DNA of 64,000 bases from a virus, in the IMG/VR virus record IMGVR_UViG_3300018916_000001, positions 32,001 through 96,000 of that record, one strand, 5' to 3'. The notes below the pieces were generated by a model. It made no database searches. It was given only the letters and a program-made list of their open reading frames with translations, and had not been told where the DNA came from. This document shows, one piece after another, positions 9,179 to 18,800 of this stretch. Made by a program: the position numbers and the translations under genes. Each line of letters starts with the position of its first letter. Position 1 is the first letter of the stretch.

Positions 9179-9688
9179 TTATATAATCTCATCTATAATT
9201 TTCATTTCTAGAGCTTCATCTGCATCTAAATATTTATCTACTACTAACCATTCTCTAGTAATTTCTGGAGTTCGATTATTGTAAATCTCTACAATCTTCG
9301 ATAGTAATTTATCATTAAGTTCGGCATAAGACTTACTATTACTAAATCTTTGATCAGAATACCAACTTACTTCATGAAATCCTAATATTGCGTTTCTATA
9401 CATCACTACTTTATGTCTAGTAGTAAATAAACACATAGTAGCAGCAGACCCTACAAAGCTAGTAATATAGATAGTTACATTTAATCTAGTAGAGTTGAGA
9501 ATGTCATGTAACTTAAGTCCTTCAAATGCACTTCCACCATCTGAACTCAAATAGAAATTAAGAGTAGTGTTGTTCTTATCTTTCTCTAACTTATGAATTT
9601 CTTTTAGTAAATCATTGATAGACTCCGGTGTAATCTCACCTATGAAATATAAATTATTATCTATTCTTTCTGCTTTATTTATACTCAT
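9179..9688 (-). CDS. ClpP-like serine protease subunit
   Basis: LYFIGEI, YLSSDGGSAFEG, GSAAT (catalytic Ser), FHE (His), DKYLDADEALEMKIIDEII. Confidence 0.85.
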   Translation of the reverse strand: MSINKAERIDNNLYFIGEITPESINDLLKEIHKLEKDKNNTTLNFYLSSDGGSAFEGLKLHDILNSTRLNVTIYITSFVGSAATMCLFTTRHKVVMYRNAILGFHEVSWYSDQRFSNSKSYAELNDKLLSKIVEIYNNRTPEITREWLVVDKYLDADEALEMKIIDEII

Positions 9689-9689
9689 A

Positions 9690-9941
9690 TTACTTTCTCA
9701 CTGATTTATTGAATTGATACATAGCTTTGTATTCTTCTATCTTTTCTTTAGTTAGTGGTTCAAATACATCTAACTTATTATTTTTGGTATATAAGATTTT
9801 ATGTGATTCTTGTACATCTTCACCAGATTCTAGTGAATTTACTATTGTACAGTAGTGACTGATAGCTCCATTAGATTCGAGATGTCCTATAACTAACATC
9901 TTTCCAAATTTATCTCTTCTATATATTTCTAAAAACTTCAC
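9690..9941 (-). CDS. Hypothetical protein
   Basis: GTG start overlapping the upstream stop (GTGA). Confidence 0.6.
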   Translation of the reverse strand: MKFLEIYRRDKFGKMLVIGHLESNGAISHYCTIVNSLESGEDVQESHKILYTKNNKLDVFEPLTKEKIEEYKAMYQFNKSVRK

Positions 9942-10030
9942 TTCTTATCTTCTTTACCTTTTAGTAGTTCTTTTATCTTAGTGAATAAAGGATGTTCAGG
10001 TTTTCCTTTCTTATCTTTATCTTGTGTCAT
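9938..10030 (-). CDS. 30-aa basic peptide MTQDKDKKGKPEHPLFTKIKELLKGKEDKK (not in ORF track)
   Basis: GGAGA ribosome-binding site; stop overlaps the next start. Confidence 0.55.
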   Translation of the reverse strand: MTQDKDKKGKPEHPLFTKIKELLKGKEDKK

Positions 10031-10044
10031 AATATCTCCAAATG

Positions 10045-10075
10045 AAAAAAGTAGCTAGCTATTAACTAACTACTT
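10045..10075 (-). terminator. Intrinsic terminator
   Basis: AAGTAGCTAG/CTAACTACTT stem with A6 run on its left. Confidence 0.55.
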
Positions 10076-10109
10076 CAAATGAATTACTCTATATCTATAT
10101 TATAGCTCT

Positions 10110-10491
10110 TTATTCATATCTACTAAAATTACTAAGAAACTTTCCTAACCTACTCATCTTTCTCCCTTCAGATTTCATAACTAAATCATCTAGAGGAGTT
10201 ACAGTATTCTTAATTGCGTTACCAGTAGCTTTTGCACCTTGTTTAGCTCTATAAGCAGTTTCCTTGGGATTCTTAATTAATAATACTCCAATTCGTTTCT
10301 TAGCTTTGTCTAGAAAAGAACGTCTCGGTAATTCAATGTTACCTTTACTTTTTAATAGTCTTGGCTACTTTGTCGTACTCTCTAATATTGGTAAAAGTAT
10401 TCTTAGGTATTTTAGCTACTTGCTTTGGAGCTTCTACCGCTTGTTTCTTTGCTACTGTAAGAGCTGATTGTAAAAATTGTCTACGGTTCAT
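10110..10491 (-). pseudogene. Basic about 126-aa protein with twin-arginine motifs, split by a one-base frameshift at an A5 run (10349-10353)
   Basis: MNRRQFLQSALTVAKK...VAKTIK / SKGNIELPRRSFLDKAKK...GKFLSNFSRYE; span 382 nt = 3n+1; not in ORF track. Confidence 0.65.
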
Positions 10492-10589
10492 TGTTTCTTT
10501 CTCTCATTATCTTTATCCCTTTGTTCTTTAATAGTTTTGTCTAATGTTTCTTTAACTTTTTCTTTTCGTTTATCTGAATCTTCTGACAT
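10488..10589 (-). CDS. 33-aa charged peptide MSEDSDKRKEKVKETLDKTIKEQRDKDNERKKQ
   Basis: ATGA overlap with the downstream gene. Confidence 0.5.
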   Translation of the reverse strand: MSEDSDKRKEKVKETLDKTIKEQRDKDNERKKQ

Positions 10590-10626
10590 AATGTACACCC
10601 TGAGATATTTATGTCTTAATTTTAAC

Positions 10627-11412
10627 TTAGACTTCTACTATTAATTGGTATTGAAACTTATTGTTCTCACCTTCTGTACTAGAACTATTTGGGTAAGTAA
10701 TACAAGTGTTGGGAGTTTTTGGATATCCTCTAGGATTAGATATTGCTCTACATCTATCAGAGAATTGTTGATCTATACTATCATGTGAATGCCCAAATAC
10801 TGCTAAATCAAACTTATCTAAGAACTTTCCTATGTCGTTTAAATAAAAACAATTCATTTCGTTACCTACATATTTAGGTGAGATAAATCTACTATGAGGA
10901 ACGTGATGAGTGATTAATACTTTCTTTGATTCACTATCTTCTATATTTTTTATAAATTTGATAGCTTCTCTTGACCATTTATCTGGGGTAAAGTCTTTTA
11001 TACATCGATAATCATTGAGATTGTATTTTAGTAGATTAGTCTCTATAGTTTCTTCAAACCATAAAGAAGTTCCGTAGAAAGTAATATCTTCTATCTTTTC
11101 TGAATTATTCTCTAATACATATAGATTAGGAATATATTTAATACGTTTCTCTAAGAGATTATGTACCTCTTCATAAGATGTTCCATAATACTCATGATTT
11201 CCTAGTACATATAATATGTTTTCATATCTATCTTGTACAACATCTAAAAAATGTGAAAGATTTCCACTAGATCTTTTATTTAACGCGCAAATATCTCCAG
11301 ACATAATTAGTGTACTAGCTGGAGTTTTATAAGAGATTCTATCTGCTAACTCAATTACTTGTACCGGAATAAGAAACTCTAAATGTAAATCTGAAACCAA
11401 TTGTATTTTCAT
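10627..11412 (-). CDS. Calcineurin-like metallophosphoesterase
   Basis: SDLH, SGD, GNHE, THH, FGHSH motifs. Confidence 0.9.
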   Translation of the reverse strand: MKIQLVSDLHLEFLIPVQVIELADRISYKTPASTLIMSGDICALNKRSSGNLSHFLDVVQDRYENILYVLGNHEYYGTSYEEVHNLLEKRIKYIPNLYVLENNSEKIEDITFYGTSLWFEETIETNLLKYNLNDYRCIKDFTPDKWSREAIKFIKNIEDSESKKVLITHHVPHSRFISPKYVGNEMNCFYLNDIGKFLDKFDLAVFGHSHDSIDQQFSDRCRAISNPRGYPKTPNTCITYPNSSSTEGENNKFQYQLIVEV

Positions 11413-11413
11413 G

Positions 11414-11608
11414 TTAAAAGTCGCATATTAAATAATTAATACTAAAATCTGTAAACTTCACTAATTCAACGTTTAGATATCTACATTCTTTATAATATTT
11501 CTGTTCCCAAATTGCAGTTTCTTTTTCTTTATATACTAAGACTAGATTTGTTTCATCATCTTTTATATATTCGCTATTTAGTAGAAGCACCCAAAGTTTG
11601 TTATCCAT
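11414..11608 (-). CDS. Small protein, paralog family B
   Basis: DDETNLVLVYKEKETA. Confidence 0.65.
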   Translation of the reverse strand: MDNKLWVLLLNSEYIKDDETNLVLVYKEKETAIWEQKYYKECRYLNVELVKFTDFSINYLICDF

Positions 11609-11807
11609 CCATTATTATGTAGTAGTTTTTATCTACGTATCTCATAATATGTGATTCAACTGTAAATGTTCTAGAAGAAGTAGCTAAACTATTGGCTATC
11701 TCTTGAGCTTTATCTTTGTTTAGGAATAGAATCATTTTATTAGTATCTTCATCTCGAACTAAATCTCTTTCTATTGAATCTTCATACCAAATAACGTAAT
11801 AGTTCAT
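11601..11807 (-). CDS. Small protein, paralog family B
   Basis: YYVIWY..DEDTNKMILFLNKDKA. Confidence 0.7.
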   Translation of the reverse strand: MNYYVIWYEDSIERDLVRDEDTNKMILFLNKDKAQEIANSLATSSRTFTVESHIMRYVDKNYYIIMDG

Positions 11808-12019
11808 GACTTATCTATATCTACATAATCTTTATCAAAATCTAAAATCTTATAAGAAATCACTTGTACTAAATAATAAGTATCTCCTACTCCTATTTCA
11901 CAAGCTTTATTTTCTGCTACTGTTTCTTCTGTATAAAGTTGAATTTTGTCATTTAGATTATAAAAACGAGTACCAGAATAATCTGTACATTGAATTGCGT
12001 AATAAGTTGATATCGCCAT
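11804..12019 (-). CDS. Small protein, paralog family B
   Basis: YYAIQC..NDKIQLYTEETVAENKA. Confidence 0.7.
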   Translation of the reverse strand: MAISTYYAIQCTDYSGTRFYNLNDKIQLYTEETVAENKACEIGVGDTYYLVQVISYKILDFDKDYVDIDKS

Positions 12020-12024
12020 AATAA

Positions 12025-12225
12025 TTAATCTCCAATAGTAAAATGTAGATCAAACTCTGTATCTTCTATTAATTCTATAGTTTCTATTTTTGCTGTAGAA
12101 TCTAGTTCTTTAGCTTTATTTCTTGCGTTATCTTTATTGCGATATACTATAACTTTTTGATTTTCTGCTAAAGCTATTTTCTTTTTAGTCTCGTCTATAT
12201 AAGTGAGATAATAAAAAGTTGCCAT
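12025..12225 (-). CDS. Small protein, paralog family B
   Basis: FYYLTY..NQKVIVYRNKDNARNKA. Confidence 0.7.
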   Translation of the reverse strand: MATFYYLTYIDETKKKIALAENQKVIVYRNKDNARNKAKELDSTAKIETIELIEDTEFDLHFTIGD

Positions 12226-12226
12226 A

Positions 12227-12439
12227 TTATTTATTATTTTCTATCTTTGGTTTGTTAGGTGTAATGTAATTACTTGTATAATCTAACTCTACCGGACTTA
12301 TAATTAAAGCTACTATAACTGCAAAAATAAATATAAACCAAGAAAAAGGTGCTTTCTTAGGTTCTACTTTCTTTTTGTTATCTTCTTTATCTTTAGAACT
12401 TACTTCTTTAACTTGTATGGTATATGTCTTATTTTTCAT
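12227..12439 (-). CDS. Small single-pass membrane protein
   Basis: FSWFIFIFAVIVALIISP hydrophobic helix. Confidence 0.65.
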   Translation of the reverse strand: MKNKTYTIQVKEVSSKDKEDNKKKVEPKKAPFSWFIFIFAVIVALIISPVELDYTSNYITPNKPKIENNK

Positions 12440-12441
12440 AG

Positions 12442-12834
12442 TTATTCAGTAAATAAACTTAATTTTTCTATTAATTCATTAGAAATTGATTGGTCTAAGT
12501 TATCATAATCTTCTCCCCAATCTTCTTTATTAATACGATTCATATAAAAGAACTCAATAGCTCCATTACTAAATAGTTCACATTCTAAATAATACTCATT
12601 TTTATCCCAAGCAAACATTATATGAAAATCTCCTTCATTACTTTCACTAGGACAACAATCAGGAATCTCTAGAACTTTATCTTCTTTAGCTAACTTATAG
12701 ATTAAAAGAGTAATTAAATCTTCTGCTAACCATATAACAGATTCATCTCCATTAATTCTTTTAGCTTCATCTTTTAGAGAATTGAGATAACTGTTCATTC
12801 GTCTTCTTCGATTTAGTTGATATTCAGTAACCAT
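12442..12834 (-). CDS. Hypothetical protein, paralog family C
   Basis: FAWDKNEYYLECELFSNGAIEFFYMNRINKEDWGEDY. Confidence 0.75.
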   Translation of the reverse strand: MVTEYQLNRRRRMNSYLNSLKDEAKRINGDESVIWLAEDLITLLIYKLAKEDKVLEIPDCCPSESNEGDFHIMFAWDKNEYYLECELFSNGAIEFFYMNRINKEDWGEDYDNLDQSISNELIEKLSLFTE

Positions 12835-12837
12835 TAT

Positions 12838-13248
12838 TTAATCCTCAGTAAATTTAAATAATAATTCAAATATACCCTCTGGAAAATTATTGTCCTCTGG
12901 ATGATAGTCTTCTCCTAACTCCTCTTTAGTAATCTTATTTCTATATTGAAATTCAAAAGAACCGTCTACTAATAACTCACAACATAACCATTCTGTCTTA
13001 TTTTTCCAATAGAAAGAAATTATAATTCCTAAGTCATCTGTAGGAAAACGTGGATCAAAAATAATATTAGGTATTAGTAATTTTTTACTAACTCCATTTT
13101 TAAATAGATTCCAATGTTCTAGAGCTTTATCTATTATTAAGTCTGTATTTATCAACTTAATACATTCTGGTCTTAAATCGTTTAAACACGTTATCAATTC
13201 TGCTTCTGTACTAATTTCAAATTCGGGACATGAAGAACTATAAGTCAT
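12838..13248 (-). CDS. Hypothetical protein, paralog family C
   Basis: FYWKNKTEWLCCELLVDGSFEFQYRNKITKEELGEDY; ATG at 13248 preferred. Confidence 0.75.
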   Translation of the reverse strand: MTYSSSCPEFEISTEAELITCLNDLRPECIKLINTDLIIDKALEHWNLFKNGVSKKLLIPNIIFDPRFPTDDLGIIISFYWKNKTEWLCCELLVDGSFEFQYRNKITKEELGEDYHPEDNNFPEGIFELLFKFTED

Positions 13249-13322
13249 AATATTTCTCTTATAAATAAATAAAAATCCCCACAATAGAGATTCTTTAATA
13301 GTATAGCTAATACATTGGAGAT

Positions 13323-13586
13323 TTAGTTATTTTGAGTTTGATTGCAAAGAAAGTCTCTTATTTTATCTAACTTTATTACTCCTCTATGATATAAATGTTC
13401 AGCTATTTCAGCAAATTCACTAGCAGTACAAAATAATTCTTGATGTCGTTCATTAGTTAAAGTTAAATGAGCTTCATCTTTAATTGTTTCTCCTTCTACT
13501 ACTTTTACAGTTAAGCAGCAATTAGCAATAGTGGTACAAGCAGTTACTAATTCTTGTCCGTTTACTTTTTTCTTAGTTATTGTCAT
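13323..13586 (-). CDS. Hypothetical protein, divergent from TerL
   Basis: 87-aa ORF with ATG start. Confidence 0.65.
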   Translation of the reverse strand: MTITKKKVNGQELVTACTTIANCCLTVKVVEGETIKDEAHLTLTNERHQELFCTASEFAEIAEHLYHRGVIKLDKIRDFLCNQTQNN

Positions 13587-13628
13587 GTTTTTATACTATT
13601 ATATAGGTACTTCATATTATATATCAAA

Positions 13629-15218
13629 ATGTCAAAGAAAAAGAATGAGCAGTTAAGTAAAATAGACCAAGAAATAGAATTTCTACTTAATCAACAAAAA
13701 TATATCAATGCTTCTAATTCTCTATATGATTTTCTTAAAGTTGGATTTGATCATGTAGAAACTAATGATTTTAGAGATAGTCGTTTAGCAGGAGCTTTAT
13801 GCGAGCATTTAGAAGCAATAATGAATGGACAGATTAAAAGATTAATTATCAATATTAGTCCAAGAACTATGAAGACTCTATTAACCGGAGTTTATTTTCC
13901 TGCTTATTGGTGGTTAAAGAAACCTCATCTTAAGTTTATTTATTGTAGTTATACGGTTGGTATTGCTCGTAAATGCTCTGAACAGTTTAGAAAATTAGTT
14001 CAACATGATTATTACTCTTTAGTTCAAAATACTATGGAGAGTTATATGGATACTCCTATTAGTTTTACTGGTTATAAAAATACACAAGATTTAATCGTAA
14101 ATAACTATGGAGGTGAGAGAGTTACTGTAGGTATCGGAGGTAGTATCACTGGTATTGGAGCAGATGTAATTATCTTAGATGATCCTTTAAAAGCTAAAGA
14201 TGCGTATAGCAAAATACAAAAAGCTCATGTTAACAACTTCATTCAAGGTACATTAATCAATCGTTTAAATAAGACCAGTGAAGAAAAAGTAGTTATATTA
14301 ATTCAGCAAAGATTAGCAGAAGATGATGCTTCAGGGTTTTTAAGAGAACAAGGTAGCTATGATATTTTAGAATTACCACTTTTATTTACTGGTCTTTCTA
14401 ATAGTAAGACTCAACTAGATTTTAGAGATTGGAGAAAGAAACCTGGTGAGATCCTGATCCCAGAACTTATGACTTTGGAAGATGTAGCTAGTCTAGAAAA
14501 TCAGATGGGAGCTATTGAGTTTGAACGTCAATGTCAGCAGAATATTAAAGGTGCAGCGGGAAATATTGTCTCTAGTAAGTATTTCAAAGAATATCAAAAT
14601 GCTCCTCCTTACGAACAATATATCTTGGCAGGTGACTTAGCTGAATCAGTGGAAGACCAAGCTTGTTATACCGGATTAGTAATCTTTGGTGTATATGAAA
14701 ATAAGTATTATGTAGTAGATATAGTAGAGAAAAAATTAGGTTTTGATGATTTAATTATTGAAGTGAAAAATCTACTAAATAAATATCCTTGTGCTTATAA
14801 AATCATAGAGAAGAAAAGTGTCGGCCCTGCTCTTATCAATGTTTTATCTAAAGAAATTCCGGGTTTTATTGCATTAGAGCCTAGAGAATATGGAACAGAT
14901 AAAGAAAGTCGATTGAAAGCTAGTATTCCTGCGTTTATGTCAGGTAAAATATATTTCCCTACTAAAGAGGCTTGTGAGAAAATAGTAACTCTAAAAGATC
15001 AGTTGGTAACTTTTCCATTATGTAGAAATGATGATGTTATGGATGCTTTTTGCTATGGAGTTCTATGGTTAGAAAGAAATAGTAGAGTAGTTAGTAGCTC
15101 AGAAATACTTCAAGTTCCATCTGAATATATAAAACAAAGAAGGAACATCTTTATTGATACTCCTTCTCCTAATCAAATATTTGGTTCTACTAATACTTCT
15201 ACTAGATTTAGATTTTAA
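13629..15218 (+). CDS. terL: Terminase large subunit
   Basis: LIINISPRTMKT Walker A, GGSITGIGADVIILDDP Walker B, IQQRLAEDD, RNase H-like AGD..IEKK..NDDVMDA; ATG at 13629. Confidence 0.93.
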   Translation: MSKKKNEQLSKIDQEIEFLLNQQKYINASNSLYDFLKVGFDHVETNDFRDSRLAGALCEHLEAIMNGQIKRLIINISPRTMKTLLTGVYFPAYWWLKKPHLKFIYCSYTVGIARKCSEQFRKLVQHDYYSLVQNTMESYMDTPISFTGYKNTQDLIVNNYGGERVTVGIGGSITGIGADVIILDDPLKAKDAYSKIQKAHVNNFIQGTLINRLNKTSEEKVVILIQQRLAEDDASGFLREQGSYDILELPLLFTGLSNSKTQLDFRDWRKKPGEILIPELMTLEDVASLENQMGAIEFERQCQQNIKGAAGNIVSSKYFKEYQNAPPYEQYILAGDLAESVEDQACYTGLVIFGVYENKYYVVDIVEKKLGFDDLIIEVKNLLNKYPCAYKIIEKKSVGPALINVLSKEIPGFIALEPREYGTDKESRLKASIPAFMSGKIYFPTKEACEKIVTLKDQLVTFPLCRNDDVMDAFCYGVLWLERNSRVVSSSEILQVPSEYIKQRRNIFIDTPSPNQIFGSTNTSTRFRF

Positions 15219-15460
15219 GGATAAGTCCAGAATTCATCTACTACAGGAGTAAAATTACCTTCTGATTGCTCTAAAGCTTTATGAAACTCTTTTTCAATCT
15301 TAGGTGAACCAGATAGTATAATAGTGGCCTGTAGTCCTTCTATAGTTTCTAGCATATCTTCTATTAGATCTTTTAGTTCATCTATAGTCTTTCTTGGAAA
15401 TACTAGATCTTCTTCAATTTTATTATATAATTCTTCAAATCTTTTTCTAGAATAAATCAT
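15215..15460 (-). CDS. Small protein with YefM/Phd-like C-terminal segment
   Basis: EGLQATIILSGSPKIEKEFHKALEQ resembles the YefM toxin-binding tail (xxETxxLLxxP). Confidence 0.4.
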   Translation of the reverse strand: MIYSRKRFEELYNKIEEDLVFPRKTIDELKDLIEDMLETIEGLQATIILSGSPKIEKEFHKALEQSEGNFTPVVDEFWTYP

Positions 15461-15463
15461 TTA

Positions 15464-15808
15464 CTACTCACCCTTCTTCTCGGGTTCTAAGAATGTATGA
15501 CCTCTTTTAGCAAATCTCTTTCTAATAGTATCGTTTAATGCAAGTTTAGGTCGAAAATAACCTTTTACAATTAAGAAACTATTATTACCAATATCTCTGC
15601 GTCTTGTATCAGGTAAAGTTTTGAGCTTGATAACTCCTAGAGGAGTCGTTACCTCGTTACCTTCTTCTAGATATTGGATGATAGATTCAAAAACAGAATC
15701 AAATACTTTAGATAATAGAACTTGTGATAGAACAGCTTCAGAGCTTTGTTTTATTTTAGATTGAATGCGAAGGATAAGATCTTTCTTCGCTACTTTAGGA
15801 AATGTCAT
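15464..15808 (-). CDS. HU/IHF-family DNA-binding protein
   Basis: KKDLI..VFDSVFESIIQYLEEGNEVTTPLGVIKL..RRRDIG..RPKLALNDTIR. Confidence 0.75.
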   Translation of the reverse strand: MTFPKVAKKDLILRIQSKIKQSSEAVLSQVLLSKVFDSVFESIIQYLEEGNEVTTPLGVIKLKTLPDTRRRDIGNNSFLIVKGYFRPKLALNDTIRKRFAKRGHTFLEPEKKGE

Positions 15809-15858
15809 GTATGTTATATTGAAACAGTATTGCTTCATTATAATGTACACTTCTATTT

Positions 15859-18800
15859 ATGGCAACAGTATTGAAAAAGAAAAAATCTAAGAGTTCTTTA
15901 GATATTAATTATGTAGATAAATTCGTTAATAGCGTAGAGAATAAACTATACAACTTCAATCTAATGTTTTTAACTCCTTATAAGAAAGAGTTAGATAATG
16001 GAGATTCTAGTGTCTTAAACAAAATCTCTAAGAACTTTAATTTACCTACTTTAATTATTAAAAATGCTTTAGATGAGTTATGGAATCATCATTGGATATT
16101 AGGCCAGCAAGATGTATTGAGTAGTGAGAAAAATAAGAGAAGTAATTATTCTATATCGTCTAATGAGCTAATCACATTTGCTATCGACCCAAATCAAAAG
16201 ATTGTAGATTCTAGAGTAGAAAAGCGAATATTAAAAGAACAATCTATAAGAGTTGCTGCCTTACAAAAAGAATTAAATAGAAAGAATCTTAATCAATCTG
16301 ATAAAAATACTATAAAAGCTAACTTAGATTTGATTAGTAATGAACTTCAACAATTCTTAGGTAGTTTAGGTAGTAGAAATGTTACTCAAGATAAAAAGAA
16401 TAAACAATTTGCTTCTGTAGATGTTAGAGTTCGTGATTTACAAGAGACTATAAGAACTATGGAGCTTAAGTTATCAGAATCTAATGCTCCTAATCCCAAT
16501 ACTAATGGAATTGATATATTAAACTCTACTGAATTTGGTACTATCTATCAAAATAAGCGAACTCTACTGTTAGCCCAGAACTACTCTGAAGATTATAAGA
16601 AAAACGTAATTAAAAAGATTCGAGATTATTTCTCTAATAATGAAGGAGTAAGACCAAATAATAGAGAACAAAAATTATTCAATGCTTTAACTACTAGACA
16701 AGAAAATGAAAATCAAGAGTACTATCAGAAGTTATTGAAAGACCCAGATTTAAAAGGAGAAGATAGAACTGCTCTAACTGCTATTGAAGATTTTATAGAT
16801 CAGATTAAAGACAATAAAAGTCTAAACGATAAACAAATACAGAAATTTGCTACTGGAGAAAGTGGTTATGGCAACGATGCTAAAGTTAATCTTGCTACTA
16901 CTCGATTAAAGAATCAGACTGCTAAAAGTGATTTATATAAAGATTTAGCTCAACAATTAATAGATTTAATTCAACCTTATAAAGATAATAAGAAGGTTGC
17001 TAGATATAAAGAAAATATACCAAAAATTAGAAATGCAGGAGATATTAGAAATCTATTAAAAACTATAAAAGAAAGAGAAGTTAAGAATATTTTGATAGAC
17101 GGACAATATAAAGAAGGTGCATTTGATAGTAAATCTGGAAAATATAAACCAATTGAGTCTATAGAAAATACTGCTAGTAATATCTTTGGTATAAGAAGAA
17201 TCAAAAGAATAGCTGAAACAGAAATATCTCTAGCATATAACTTAGGTCGTTTAAAAAAACTAGAAGAACTTGGATATAAAAAAGTTAGAGTAACTAATGA
17301 AGCTGAAAATAGAACGAATAGAGATAGAGTATTAGCTCTACAAGAACTTCAGAAAGTAAAAGAATCTTACCGACTAAATAAAGCATATAGATTACCTAAT
17401 AGTAAGAGTTATATGCCAATTCTTTGTAACCATTGTTTAGGTAGAAAGGGTGATGAGTTTGATATTCAAACAGATAAAGTTTATGAAAGTAATGTAAATA
17501 CTCCATATAACCAAGTAGATAAGAGATATTCTTTATTTCCACCTTTTCATGTATCGTGTTGGTGTTATTTTGAAGGAGTAGAAGATAGTAGGAAAGCTGG
17601 TGTTATTAATACTAAAGTACCTCCAATTAAAGATGGACTTGTACTATCTGGTATAGGATTATTATCTGTAGCTTCTGCTTATATAGCTTTTAATGTATTA
17701 AAGAGAAATCCTGTAGCAAAGAATTTAACTCAAACAGTATTTGATAGAGCAACTGATGTTAGAAATACTTTTAATGACGCACTAAAAAGACCTAAAGTTA
17801 ATCTTCCTCTAAACTTAACACCTAAACAAATAGAAGATAGTAGAAAGATACTAGATGTTACTGATGAAGCTTTTGAACAAATAGAATCGAATACTAGAAA
17901 CTTACTAGGAGTATCAAATGTATCGAAGAAAAGTGGAGATGCTGTCTTAGATGCTATAGATAATAGTTTAGTTGGACGTTCTTATAAAACTCTTAATGAA
18001 AATGCTAAAAGTTTTAATGGAGTTCTAGATGATATTCCAGATTACGTAAGAAATCTAAAACCAGTAATTGACTCTAGAGAAAGATACTATACTCTACGAA
18101 ATATTATATATGATAAATCTGTACCTATAGAAACTAGAAAAAGTATCTATAATCAATATTTAATAGCTAGAAGAGAATACGAGAAACAAATATCTAATCA
18201 TTTAAATAGAACTAGAAATCTAAAAAGTACAGTTAATAATATACAATCTCAATTAACTCTAGATGCTAATAGACAAATATTAGGTAATATAGATAATTTT
18301 CCTCCTAATACAAATCTAGAAGATGCGTTAAATAGTGTAAGAAGTAGAAATGCTTTAACTCTTACTGATACTCAATTAAAATCTATAAGAAATAATCTTG
18401 CTACTGAACGTAAAGGTATACAAGAAAAAATTAATGTAGAGAGTAAAGTTATAGATAATACTTTAGATGGTATAGATACTAAACAAAAAGCTATAGATCT
18501 TAAAGATAGTTATAGAAATATAAGAAATCTTAGTGATTCGTATATCTCTCGAAATAAAGCTCTAGATAAAGTCATTACTAATATAGATTCTATTAAGAAA
18601 GAACTTAATAATACCACTAAACTTGGTAATACTAAAAGAAATTTACTTAACTCTAGACTTAATAGTAGTAATCCTATAGATAGACAGTATTTACTAGATA
18701 ACCAAGAAAAATATATTAAAGACGTAATTAAACAACAACAGTTAATAATTAGTGAGTTAAAGAAATTACCTAAGAATGATAGTGAGCTAGATGATTTTAT

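Noticed and set aside
9179-9688. ClpP-like gene as the prohead protease
   Set aside because: It lies in the antisense accessory region; a canonical prohead protease sits next to scaffold and capsid at 20716-21651
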